A stretch of DNA of 64,000 nucleotides from Candidatus Krumholzibacteriota bacterium (GCA_963727455.1 CAVSGG010000010.1:1-64000), one strand, 5' to 3'; shown: positions 41,401 to 52,703, counted from the stretch's first letter. Program-made: numbers and translations. The notes: generated from the letters alone by a model not told the origin.

Positions 41401-43187
41401 TCCTGGACGAGGGACTGCCCGATCGTACTAGCTTCGAGTATCAGGTGCGCGCGGTCGATCGCGCAGGACTTGCCGGTCCGGCCTCGGAGATCATCACCGC
41501 GGTGACGCCGCCGCCGGAAGTCGGATGCTTTCCCCTGCCCATCGATCAGGAGACTAGAGGAGCCTGTGCGGTGGGCGACGTGGACGGCGACGGCGTACTC
41601 GACTTGGCGGTGGGCTCGGGTCACATCTATTTGATCGACGGTCTGTGCCGCGAAAAGGTGGACGGGGATGACAACGCACAGACTTTCGGGCCGCTCGCCG
41701 GCGTCGGGGGAGGATTCCAGCCTTCGGGCATGACGCTGGGAAATTTGGATCAAATCGGCACGGACATGCAGATCGTGGGCGAGAACTGGACGAGCCATGA
41801 ACTCTACATCTACAACGCCGACGGCAGTCTTCAGAGCGGTTGGCCACAGACCTTGGGCTCCAAGGCCTGGACCACCCCGGTACTGGGTGATCTCGACCAG
41901 GACGGGAGCCTGGAGATCATCACCAACGACATCGGTGGATTCACTTACGCTTTCCACATGGACGGCAACGAGGTGGCCGACGGAGATTCCAATCCCCAGA
42001 CCAAGGGTCCCATCGCTCCGCGCCGCACCGGAGAGAGCTTTGGCCGCACCACGCCGGCACTGTACGACGTGGACAACGATGGCAAGCCCGAGATTCTCTT
42101 CGGTTCGAAGTTCCAAAACGGCGCGCCCGAGTACTTCTACGCCCTGAAGGGCGACGGGAGCGGCAACGCGGCGGGTTGGCCCAAGATCATGGAACCTCTC
42201 GCGACCTTTCTCGCCAGCCCCGCAGTGGGTGACCTCGACGGTGACGGGCAGATGGAGATCGTGGCGCCCTGTGATAACGATAGTCTCTACGTGTGGGAAA
42301 CGGACGGGACCCGCTTCCCCAACTTCCCGGTGTACCTCCATGCACGGGCAATTGATTTCGACAGCCAGATGCCATCCCCGGCTCTGGCCGATCTCGACGG
42401 CAACGGAACCCTGGAGATCGTGGCGGTATCGATCGAATTGGCCTCGGAGGCCAGGGTGTACGTCTTCGACGACTCGGGAAACGTGAACCCGGGTTGGCCG
42501 CAAGTGGTCCCCGGACTGTCCGAGAGTAGCCCGGTGGTGGCCGACCTCGACGGCGATTTGGAACCGGACATCGTTTTCGGCATCGGCGGCGGTACGGACA
42601 ATCTGCCCAATTTGCTTTACGTGTGGCACGCCGATGGCGTCCCCTTCGAGGGCTTTCCGATTCCTCTGGAAGGTTACGTCTGGGCCACGCCGACCCTGTG
42701 CGATTTCAACGGGGACGGACGGGCCAACATCGTTCTCGCATCGTGGGACCGTCTCATCCACGTGTGGGACATGGGGGGCACCTGGCGTCCCTCGCTTGCG
42801 CCCTGGCCCACGTTCCATCAGAACGCGCGCAGGGACGGAGTCCACCCGCTTCCGCCGCTCACCGCCCGCGGGGCGGGAGCAGAAACGGAAACGGACGCGA
42901 GCCGGCCGCGCCTGGCTCCCAACGTCCCCAATCCCTTCAACCCTGCGACCGCGGTGAGCTTCGTGATCCCAGCCGGCGGTGCGCGTCCCTGCGAATTGAC
43001 GATCTTCGATTTGGCGGGGAGAAGGGTACGGGTGCTCGCGCGCGGCCCGCTGGCGCCCGGACTCCACGAACTTCGCTGGGACGGACGCGATGATGCCGGT
43101 AGGGCCGTGGCGTCCGGAGTATATTTCGCCCACCTGCTCGTCAGCGGATTTGAGGCCCAAAGCCAAAAGATGGTCCTCGTGCGCTGA
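38424..43187 (+). CDS. Second gingipain-like C25 peptidase, same architecture (tandem paralog)
   Basis: Signal peptide MRSFLLSLLLL; YLVIT, YVLLGGD, IGRAP, HIGHG, NCDSA, LLGDP; FG-GAP repeats; PNVPNPFNPAT...SGVYF. Confidence 0.9.
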   Translation: MRSFLLSLLLLTLVGVEAAPAQETLSLPLKPLLRDVRLQGLPALESILLHGARPARQEDGGGLPSLSYCLIIPASSRVRSVSLEGGSERFVASAEALRSSSILSTPLTSREGNVPAVEYVGDAWWHGRHLIYLRVRPLRVEQESGDLYLREGGKILVELQGAEPKEEVVGRVLPNEGVQRRDRAELLRTIANPQDLDRFTTLRPLTKASSAKTAALPASDKIPSLLTGPYRYLVITRDSLVPQFERLAELRERQGLPSTVVSVEEIEANGRRGLDLAETIRLYLQDAYEKWGVDYVLLGGDTEIIPTRYVTSTYYPSGGETQIPADFYFAGLDGSWNADGDATFGEPYVTGANPGDYCDFVPELAIGRAPVSTFEEATVFVDKVLDYESGADGERFAHALFGSEVLFPPAWQPGDPITRDGASFSETLVASIELARPGEWTLTRRYQNYTSYPGALEETYAAILSDLNSGNYGLFHHIGHGFYYNMSVGDKNILVSDADALTNGSSTFVLMALNCDSAAFDFNCLLERFLRNPNGGSVASIGSSRAAFDNTTGSYQQALYKALFAARRQRLGDAILESRLGFAVDTFYNTVDRWTQLVYTLLGDPAMRMWTAVPKPITVSAPAMVTVGSGPLAVTVDETQGGGVDSVAVVLRKPGEDLIAGWTDANGEVSLPFAPKEAGSWTLWVSGRDVMPDSMTVQVTAATQAALALSGFTLDDSQGNGNGIAEAGELVSILPALINGGQSVSSAGTLTLSTEDEGVTLLQDVAGFSPLAAESPGAANGPFSLQLAADLADASRLHFLLSIDEDGGGHFEDSFDLTVSGGNLQIISLDLDDASGNQDGILDPGEQVFLNFTLKNFGSARVDSVNGVLRSLDPLATVIDSTAHWGLLDGALSTQDNGQDLLAVQESDTANPHLYRLLLTDSAGATHSFDFDLRRPAALTGLEPGLAQAGSVLLRWDPSSAADLLGYQVERRVKGQSTWIFANADLLQAGSVFLDEGLPDRTSFEYQVRAVDRAGLAGPASEIITAVTPPPEVGCFPLPIDQETRGACAVGDVDGDGVLDLAVGSGHIYLIDGLCREKVDGDDNAQTFGPLAGVGGGFQPSGMTLGNLDQIGTDMQIVGENWTSHELYIYNADGSLQSGWPQTLGSKAWTTPVLGDLDQDGSLEIITNDIGGFTYAFHMDGNEVADGDSNPQTKGPIAPRRTGESFGRTTPALYDVDNDGKPEILFGSKFQNGAPEYFYALKGDGSGNAAGWPKIMEPLATFLASPAVGDLDGDGQMEIVAPCDNDSLYVWETDGTRFPNFPVYLHARAIDFDSQMPSPALADLDGNGTLEIVAVSIELASEARVYVFDDSGNVNPGWPQVVPGLSESSPVVADLDGDLEPDIVFGIGGGTDNLPNLLYVWHADGVPFEGFPIPLEGYVWATPTLCDFNGDGRANIVLASWDRLIHVWDMGGTWRPSLAPWPTFHQNARRDGVHPLPPLTARGAGAETETDASRPRLAPNVPNPFNPATAVSFVIPAGGARPCELTIFDLAGRRVRVLARGPLAPGLHELRWDGRDDAGRAVASGVYFAHLLVSGFEAQSQKMVLVR
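41565..42780 (+). repeat. FG-GAP/VCBS repeats (protease 2)
   Basis: DVDGDGVLDL, DLDQDGSLEI, DVDNDGKPEI, DLDGDGQMEI, DLDGNGTLEI, DLDGDLEPDI, DFNGDGRANI; boundaries approximate. Confidence 0.8.
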
Positions 43188-43256
43188 GAGGGCTCGGTCC
43201 ATTTGACACTTTGCCTCTGTCGAGTTTTCGTTGCGCGCAACAGAGGAGAGAACGCC

Positions 43257-45866
<2,610 letters not shown>

Positions 45867-45954
45867 AGAGAGTCTGCTTGCCGCGGCGCGTCGATCGCGC
45901 TACAGTCGCGAAGCGAATTCCCCCGCTTTCGCACAAGGTCCGAGGAAGGAACTC

Positions 45955-46257
45955 GTGGTGTCACGCATGGTCAAGAGCCAGCGCTATGTGAGCCTGGCCG
46001 CAGTCCTGGCCAGTGTGGCCATCGCGGTTCTGGTGGGCACTCCCTACCTCCTGCAGTACCACCACCACTCCGACTTCCACGAAAATCCTCGCTGCGCCAT
46101 TTGCGTCTTCGCCTGCGCGCACGTTACGCCTCCCTCGGCGCCCCAGGCGTTGGCGCCGCCGCCAGTCAACGTCACCGTGGTGGCGATCGCAGGGGAAACT
46201 CTCAGCTCCACTTTTCACGTTCGTACTCCGAGCGTGCGGGGACCTCCTAGAGTCTGA
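45955..46257 (+). CDS. DUF2946/CruR-like metal-sensing leader peptide (TM, HHH, CxxC, C-terminal RGPP)
   Basis: Hydrophobic N-terminal segment, YHHHSDFHE, CAIC, Pro-rich spacer, ends SVRGPPRV*; directly upstream of a metal-uptake operon. Confidence 0.75.
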   Translation: MVSRMVKSQRYVSLAAVLASVAIAVLVGTPYLLQYHHHSDFHENPRCAICVFACAHVTPPSAPQALAPPPVNVTVVAIAGETLSSTFHVRTPSVRGPPRV

Positions 46258-46307
46258 AACCCAACGAAATTTCTTCGTCGCGAGTTTTTGACTCTATTCT
46301 GGAGGTT
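46241..46307 (+). promoter_or_regulatory. Anti-SD stem-loop coupling leader RGPP codons to porin SD
   Basis: ACCTCC (46242-47) pairs with GGAGGT (46301-06); TAGAGTC (46248-54) with GACTCTA (46290-96); AAAC with GTTT; inner ACGAA (46264-68) with TTCGT (46274-78). Confidence 0.8.
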
Positions 46308-46315
46308 CATTGCGC

Positions 46316-47422
46316 ATGAAACTGTGCGTACACGCTTGCACCTGCGTGTGTGTTGCGGCCGTCCTGACATTTTCTGTCTCGAGAAGTTCCGCGCAGACCA
46401 CGCACTCGATTTTTTCCAATTTGACCAACCCGTCGATCGGGATGAACGCGCTGTTCTCGGGACAGATCGCCCCCGACATCGACGCGCCCTACGGCATCAG
46501 CTTCGACTCGGCCGAGATGAGCGCGATTTCCGTGGTCGATCCCTACTGGACCTTCTGGTCCAATATCACCTTCACCCCCGAGGAGGTGGATCCGGAGGAA
46601 ATCGTGGCCCGTACGGATCGGATCCCTAATCTCCAGCTGCGGGTGGGCAAGCTCAGGGGCGACTTCGGCAAGCACGGGTTACTGCACACCCACGCCTTTC
46701 CCTTCATTCAAGCCCCGGTGATCATGGGCAACACGATCGGGGAGGAAGGCTTCAAGGACTCGGGTCTGGAGGCCTCGTGGCTCACTCCGCTGCCGTGGTA
46801 CTCGGAGCTCACGGGCGGCATGTTCAAGGCGATGGAGGCCGGCGAGGAGAACCCACTCGACTTCGGCTCGATGCGCCACGAGAACGTTCCGTACCTCGGC
46901 CATTTCAAGAACCTGTTCGATCTCAACGAGTCGACCACTCTGGAGATCGGGCAGTCGTTTCTGCAGGGGCGCGGAGAAGATGGCCACCGGCACGCGGTAT
47001 TCGGTGCCGACCTGACGGTACGCAACGTGCCGCTGCGACGCTCGAACAGCCGCGGCTGGATCCTGCAGGGGGAGTACATCCAGAAGGGCACCTTCGCGGG
47101 TGGAGACTATTTCAAGGAGCAGCGCGGCTGGTATGCCTCGTTCAAGTACCGGCTGTCCCAACGATGGTGGGTCGGAGTCCGCGGCGAACAGGGCCGTGAC
47201 TGCACCACCGAGGTCTTAGTCGATTCGAGCGGCGATCCCATCCCCGGCAAGGTGAGTCGTGCCTCGGCGAACATCGCTTGGACTCCCTCGGAGTTCTCGT
47301 ACATCCGCCTGGAGTACAGCGTCACCCAGGGCGACGACGGGATGGGTTTCAAACCGACCGACCACCGGCTCATGTTGCAGATGAGTTATACCGTCGGCTA
47401 CCACCCGGCTCATGCCTACTAG
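46316..47422 (+). CDS. Outer-membrane beta-barrel porin of metal (Zn/Mn/Ni/Co) uptake operon
   Basis: Signal peptide, NPSIGMN, VDPY, FGKHGLLHTHAFPF, alternating beta strands, C-terminal GYHPAHAY. Confidence 0.7.
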   Translation: MKLCVHACTCVCVAAVLTFSVSRSSAQTTHSIFSNLTNPSIGMNALFSGQIAPDIDAPYGISFDSAEMSAISVVDPYWTFWSNITFTPEEVDPEEIVARTDRIPNLQLRVGKLRGDFGKHGLLHTHAFPFIQAPVIMGNTIGEEGFKDSGLEASWLTPLPWYSELTGGMFKAMEAGEENPLDFGSMRHENVPYLGHFKNLFDLNESTTLEIGQSFLQGRGEDGHRHAVFGADLTVRNVPLRRSNSRGWILQGEYIQKGTFAGGDYFKEQRGWYASFKYRLSQRWWVGVRGEQGRDCTTEVLVDSSGDPIPGKVSRASANIAWTPSEFSYIRLEYSVTQGDDGMGFKPTDHRLMLQMSYTVGYHPAHAY

Positions 47423-47479
47423 ACGGACGGGCACCGTGAACGCAACGGGCCTCACCGGCAACCCATTCTGGAGGAACTC

Positions 47480-48403
47480 ATGAAATCGCTGTTTCGAACC
47501 CTGACCATAGTGAGCCTGAGCCTGCTCATGGCCGTGCCCGCGCGCGCCGAACACAAGTTGCAGGTGGCCACCTCTCTGACCGATCTCGCCTCCGTCGCGC
47601 GCTTCGTGGGCGGCGAGCACGTGAAGGCGAAGAGCCTGTGCAAAGGCTACGAGGATCCTCACTACGTACCGGCCAAGCCGAGCTTGATGAAGGCCATCCA
47701 GCACGCCGACGTCTACGTGTCGACGGGCCTGGAGCTGGACATCGGGTGGCTGCCCCTGGTTTTGCCCGGAAGCCGGAATCCCAAGATCCAGCCGAGCCGA
47801 GAGGGCTTCGTGGATGCCTCCGAGGGAGTTCCCGTATTGGAAAAGCCGACGGGCACGGTGAGCCGGGGCGAGGGAGACGTTCATCCGCTGGGAAATCCGC
47901 ACTACTATGCCGATCCCAAGAACCTGGAGATCGTCGCTTCCCAGCTGGCGGAGGTGTTTACTCGTCTCGATCCCGCCAACGCGGCCGACTACCAGGCCAA
48001 TGCCAAAGCCTTCAAGGAGAGAATGGAGACCTCGCTCGCGAAGTGGGAGAAACAGATGGCGCCGTATGCAGGCACGCAGGTCGTCACCTATCACAAGAAC
48101 TTCATCTACTTCGCCACGCGCTTCGGCCTGAAGATCTTCGACACGGTCGAAAATAAACCGGGCATTCCGCCCTCTCCGCGCCACGTAGCCGACCTGGTGG
48201 AGGCGATGAAGGCGAATGGGGTCAGGCTGGTCGTCTATCAGCCCTACTACAACGCCAAAGTGTGCAAGGAGGTCGCGAAGCGGGCGGACGGGACGGCTCT
48301 GGAAATTGCAACCGAGTGCGACGGTCTTCCCGGGACGGACGACGTCTTCAAGAAGTTCGACCTCCTCGTTTCCTCCATCGCCAAAGCTCTGTCCGAGAAG
48401 TGA
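47480..48403 (+). CDS. Metal ABC transporter substrate-binding protein (ZnuA/TroA cluster A-I)
   Basis: EDPHYV, GLELDIGW, DVHPLGNPHYY, VTYHKN, ENKPGIPPSPRH. Confidence 0.9.
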   Translation: MKSLFRTLTIVSLSLLMAVPARAEHKLQVATSLTDLASVARFVGGEHVKAKSLCKGYEDPHYVPAKPSLMKAIQHADVYVSTGLELDIGWLPLVLPGSRNPKIQPSREGFVDASEGVPVLEKPTGTVSRGEGDVHPLGNPHYYADPKNLEIVASQLAEVFTRLDPANAADYQANAKAFKERMETSLAKWEKQMAPYAGTQVVTYHKNFIYFATRFGLKIFDTVENKPGIPPSPRHVADLVEAMKANGVRLVVYQPYYNAKVCKEVAKRADGTALEIATECDGLPGTDDVFKKFDLLVSSIAKALSEK

Positions 48404-48414
48404 GGTAGTTGCCA

Positions 48415-49302
48415 ATGGAATTCCTACAAGTCATGGCGCTGCCGATTCTGGCGTGCTTTCTTCTGGTCTTGATTCACCCCTCCCTGGGCCAGCACGTACT
48501 GGCCCGGGGCGTGATTTTCGTCGACCTCGCGCTCGCGCAGATCGCTGCCCTGGGAGGCAGCGTCGCGTTCCTCTTGGGCGCGGACCCGCACGATCCCAGC
48601 ATGTATTTCTGGTCCTTCGGGTTCACTCTTCTCGGGGCGGCGCTCTTCAGCTTCCTCTGGGACCGCAACCACTCCGTGCTGCAGGAAGCGTTCATCGGAA
48701 TCTCCTTCGCACTGGCCACCGCGGCCAACCTGGTGCTTCTGTCCAACGCACCTCACGGCGCGGAACACGTGCGCGGTGCTCTGAGCGGCGAGGCCCTCGG
48801 ATGGGTGACCTGGAAGGACATCCTCATCATGGCGGTTCTCTACGCGATCGTGGGGGCATTTCTGTATCTCAGTCGCCGGCAGCTTTTCGCCTGCTCGCAG
48901 GACCACAAGAAGGCGCGCGAGATGGGACTCTCGGTGCGGAAGTGGGACTTCCTCTTCTACGCCTCCTTTGGTCTGGTGGTCACCAGTTCGGTGAAGGTAT
49001 CTGGGGTGCTGGCGGTGTTCTCCTATCTCATCGTGCCGCTGGTCTGCTCCACCCTGCTCGGCAAGAGGGGGCGGGCACGGCTCTACTGGGCCTGGGCGCT
49101 GGCCTTCGTGGTTTCGATTCTGGGTTCGGTGCTTTCTTACACGAGGGATTGGCCGATGGGTGCGACCATCGTGTGTCTCTTCGGTGTGACGGTGGCTGTC
49201 ATCTCCCTCTTCGTACGCATGAAGAACGTCGACCCGGAGCGGAACGGTGATCAACTCGCGGGCGCGGAGTTTCAAAATGGGGAGCGCGGCATGACACGCT
49301 GA
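48415..49302 (+). CDS. Metal ABC transporter permease (ZnuB/ABC-3 family)
   Basis: GQHVLARGVIFVDLALAQIAALG, SVKVSGVLAVFSYLIVP, DWPMGATIV. Confidence 0.88.
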   Translation: MEFLQVMALPILACFLLVLIHPSLGQHVLARGVIFVDLALAQIAALGGSVAFLLGADPHDPSMYFWSFGFTLLGAALFSFLWDRNHSVLQEAFIGISFALATAANLVLLSNAPHGAEHVRGALSGEALGWVTWKDILIMAVLYAIVGAFLYLSRRQLFACSQDHKKAREMGLSVRKWDFLFYASFGLVVTSSVKVSGVLAVFSYLIVPLVCSTLLGKRGRARLYWAWALAFVVSILGSVLSYTRDWPMGATIVCLFGVTVAVISLFVRMKNVDPERNGDQLAGAEFQNGERGMTR

Positions 49303-49424
49303 GCCCGGCGCCCGGATCGACGAGTTCCTGAGAGGGATGGACGCAGGCGCTACCGCCGGAGTACATTCGGCCCTGAGTTGGCGGCGAGCTGCCGCCCGAC
49401 GAGACTCGTTGTCGAAGGCCTCGA

Positions 49425-51044
49425 ATGTTCTCAGATTGCCCCCTGCCTCGCCTCTTGCTCGGTGTGCTCCTGCTTCTGTCCGCCTGCCAAGCGGACAAGC
49501 AGGACGCGGCCGAGCCGGTCATTCCCGCCAAACCTCTTTACGGAGGCACTCTCCGCATCGCGGCGAGCAGCGAACCCGACGTGCTCAACAGCTTGATCAC
49601 GACCTCCGGTTACAGCAGCCGCATTCTGGCACTGGTGAATGACGGGCTGGCGAGCTTGAACGAGCGTCTGGAGTGGGAGCCGGACCTCGCGCAGTCGTGG
49701 ACTTGGTCGCAGGACGGGCTGGTGCTGACCTTTCATTTGCGCCAGGGTGTGCAGTGGAGCGATGGTCAGGACTTTAGCGCCTACGATGTGCAACGCAGTT
49801 ACGAGCTGTACATCGATCCCCGGATCTCCTCGTCGCGCCGCAGCAATTTCAAGGACATCGAGTCCTTTACGGCTCTGGATAGTCAGACGGTGGAAGTGCG
49901 TTTCTTGCGGCGCAGCCGCGACCAGCTCTTCAACGCGAACCTGAGCATCTTCCCGGCCCACATCGTAGACCACCTCGATCCCAACGAAGTGCAGAGTTGG
50001 CCGATCAACCGCCGTCCGGTCGGGCTGGGGCCCTACCAACTCAAGAGCTGGGAGTCGGGATCGCGCATCGTGCTGGAGCGCAATCCGCATTACTTCGGGG
50101 ACAAGCCGTATCTGGACGAGATCGTCTTCGAGTTCACTCCGGAACAAGCCGTTCGGCTCCTGCGTTTGGAGGCGGGCGAAGTCGACATGGTCGAGAATAT
50201 CGCCCCCAAGGACGAAGGACGGCTGCGAAAGAGCGCTCCCTGGATCAAGATCTATCCCATCTCGGGCAGGCTATTCGGCTATCTCAATTACAATGTGCGC
50301 CGCGCCTTCTTGAGCGACGCTAGGGTACGACGCGCAATTTCGCACGGGATCGACCGCAAGGCATTCACCGAGAACTTGATGTTCGGGCGGGCCCAGCCGG
50401 CGGCATCCCTCATTCCTCCGGCTTTGGCCTGGGCCCACGACCCCAATCTCGCTCCCGACGCGTTTGACCCGGAACTCTCGCGCCGTCTCTTGGCCGAAGC
50501 GGGATTTGAGGATAGCGACGGAGATGGGGTGGTGGAGAAGGACGGTAGACCCTTTGAGGTCGAGATCACCACGCGCACCGGCGACCCCGTGCGAGAAAAC
50601 GGCGCTCTCATCCTGCAGGAGAATCTGCGGCAGATCGGCATCAGGGTGAAGCTGCGCCTGATGGAGTACTCGGCCGCCTTGGCCGAAGTGCGAGCGGGCC
50701 GGTACGACATCTACTACGGACACTTCGGAAGCCGCATGTCGGTCGATCCCACCATGCTCGTGTGCACGGGCGGGGCGGTCAATTACGGAGGGTACTCCAA
50801 TCCCAAGATGGACGCGTTGGTGGAGGAGGGTTTGGAGACAATGGATACCGACAAGGCGCGGGCCATCTGGTATGAATTCCAGAAGTTGTGCGATGAGGAA
50901 CAACCCTGGACGGTGTTGTATTACTACGATTCCCTGGTGGGGATCCAGAGCGCGTTCCAGGACTGTACTCCCAACAATCTCTCGCCTTTCTATGACATCG
51001 AAAAGTGGTGGTTGGTGCCCTCTCTCCTGCGCGGGCGCCGTTGA
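49425..51044 (+). CDS. ABC transporter substrate-binding lipoprotein, family 5 (peptide/nickel)
   Basis: Lipobox LSAC, GGTLRI, PDLAQSWTWS..TFHLRQGVQWSDG, PVGLGPY, VRRAISHGIDR. Confidence 0.9.
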   Translation: MFSDCPLPRLLLGVLLLLSACQADKQDAAEPVIPAKPLYGGTLRIAASSEPDVLNSLITTSGYSSRILALVNDGLASLNERLEWEPDLAQSWTWSQDGLVLTFHLRQGVQWSDGQDFSAYDVQRSYELYIDPRISSSRRSNFKDIESFTALDSQTVEVRFLRRSRDQLFNANLSIFPAHIVDHLDPNEVQSWPINRRPVGLGPYQLKSWESGSRIVLERNPHYFGDKPYLDEIVFEFTPEQAVRLLRLEAGEVDMVENIAPKDEGRLRKSAPWIKIYPISGRLFGYLNYNVRRAFLSDARVRRAISHGIDRKAFTENLMFGRAQPAASLIPPALAWAHDPNLAPDAFDPELSRRLLAEAGFEDSDGDGVVEKDGRPFEVEITTRTGDPVRENGALILQENLRQIGIRVKLRLMEYSAALAEVRAGRYDIYYGHFGSRMSVDPTMLVCTGGAVNYGGYSNPKMDALVEEGLETMDTDKARAIWYEFQKLCDEEQPWTVLYYYDSLVGIQSAFQDCTPNNLSPFYDIEKWWLVPSLLRGRR

Positions 51045-51121
51045 CACGCCAGATGGGCCATTCCTAAGTTGTATAGGTAGGGTGGCACTCGTTTTCCATT
51101 TCAACGGGGTACTTTGGTGAG

Positions 51122-52687
51122 ATGCGATATCCAGGCGCTCTGAGCCTCCTCGTGGGTCTTATAGCCGCGTTTCTCATTTCCTCCTGCTCCAATTCGTCCT
51201 CGCCCACCGGGCCCGGCGGGGACGAGGTGTACAACTTTGATCCGGCTCCGGGGGACCTGAGCATCAGCGCCCTGGATACCCTGGAAATCAGGGTGTCGCG
51301 CAAGGACGGCGCGCCGGTCTCCGGGGTCTTCTATGTCAACGGGGATTCGGTTGCCGCCGGGAACTTCCTTCGCTGGCCGGCCAGCCAAGTCGGCGAGGTC
51401 GCGGTCAAGCTCGTCCTGCCTCCGGCCGATTCTCCCACCGTGGTGAACTGGGCGGTGACGGTCAGCGAGGTGGGAGTGAGCCCTCCGGCCCCGGTGTCGT
51501 TGGTGGAGGCCAGTCGCGGGGCGCTCCCCGGAAGCATCGCCACGAGTTGGAGCCGTCCGGGAGCCGGAAAAGACTTCATCGATCACTACCTGCTCTACTA
51601 TTCGACTTCTCCCATCACTGAGGAAGGGCTTGCGGGGACCAGTTTCGTCAGAGTCGAGCACGATCCCGCGATCATCGTCCAGAGCAAACTGCTCACCGGA
51701 TTGCAGGAGGAGACCCAATACTACGTGCGCGTCCAGCTCATCGACGTCCTGGGGCGGGCTGCCTCGCTCAGCGCGGAGAATAGCAGTCTGAGCACGGGTC
51801 ACTATCGGGTGGAAGGACGAGTCACCCGTCTGGCCGACGGAGGCGGCGTCGAGGGCTTTCCGGATGTTTTGGCGGAAGTGGGGGACTACAAGACACTCAC
51901 CGAGAGCGACGGAACATACGTCCTCGAAGACATTCCCAACCTCGCGCGCAAGCGGCTCACCCTGAAACCTACGCACCCCCTGGAAACCTATTCCTATTAC
52001 TGGGTGGTGACGGACACGCTGAAGCTCGTGGATCAGAGTTTTGATGCCCTTCTCTTCAAGCTTGCGCCCCTCGTGCCCATCAATATCCCCAGGGATACCT
52101 TGATCACCAACCTGGATTTCCTCTACCTCATGACCGCGAAGGATTCCTACGCGGGAGATCCGCAGACCATCAAGCGTTGGCAGAGCTATCCCATTCCGGT
52201 GCGGGTCGATGCCGATTCCGCCGATACCATCGCGGGGCAACACGTGACCGACGCGATGGAGGCCGCGATCGCAACCTGGAATCAGGAAGCCGGCGAGCAG
52301 CTCCTGCAGCCGGTGACGGGCGAGCCCTCCTACGGAGCCAACTTCACCATCTACCCGGGCTCCCCGTCCGGAGGCGGAATTCTCGGCGAAGTCCAAATGG
52401 TGGATCCCCCGGACAGAGGCTGTCTCTTGAGGTGTATTCCGCAAGAGGTGGTGGTGTCGACCTACAGTCAGCTGACGGATGGCCTGCTGGACCGAATCCT
52501 GGTGCACGAGCTGGGGCACGTGCTGTGGATGACGCATTCGCGGAACTCGAACCACGTGATGTCAGCGGGGGTGACCTCGAGCTCTTCCCTCGTGCCCTAC
52601 CCGGAAGAAGTGCGAATGGCGCGACTCATTGCCCACATCCCCAATGGAACCGACTTGCGCTGGTACAAGACGCCCACCCAGCCCTGA
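51122..52687 (+). CDS. Lipoprotein with FN3-like domain and C-terminal metzincin (matrixin-like) peptidase
   Basis: Lipobox ISSC; 'LTGLQEETQYYVRV' FN3 motif; HELGHVLWMTH plus Met-turn NHVM. Confidence 0.7.
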   Translation: MRYPGALSLLVGLIAAFLISSCSNSSSPTGPGGDEVYNFDPAPGDLSISALDTLEIRVSRKDGAPVSGVFYVNGDSVAAGNFLRWPASQVGEVAVKLVLPPADSPTVVNWAVTVSEVGVSPPAPVSLVEASRGALPGSIATSWSRPGAGKDFIDHYLLYYSTSPITEEGLAGTSFVRVEHDPAIIVQSKLLTGLQEETQYYVRVQLIDVLGRAASLSAENSSLSTGHYRVEGRVTRLADGGGVEGFPDVLAEVGDYKTLTESDGTYVLEDIPNLARKRLTLKPTHPLETYSYYWVVTDTLKLVDQSFDALLFKLAPLVPINIPRDTLITNLDFLYLMTAKDSYAGDPQTIKRWQSYPIPVRVDADSADTIAGQHVTDAMEAAIATWNQEAGEQLLQPVTGEPSYGANFTIYPGSPSGGGILGEVQMVDPPDRGCLLRCIPQEVVVSTYSQLTDGLLDRILVHELGHVLWMTHSRNSNHVMSAGVTSSSSLVPYPEEVRMARLIAHIPNGTDLRWYKTPTQP

Positions 52688-52703
52688 TCGTCGCGCTCAT
52701 CGA

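Noticed and set aside
36740-42780. Recurrent GACCTCGACGG-like DNA repeats as a CRISPR or tandem array
   Set aside because: They are in-frame, degenerate codons of FG-GAP DxDxDG protein repeats; no constant repeat-spacer period and no cas genes
43203-43230. TTGACACTT...GAGTTTTCG upstream of clpB as a CIRCE/HrcA operator
   Set aside because: Spacing is off by one and the right arm matches poorly; more likely just a -35 box
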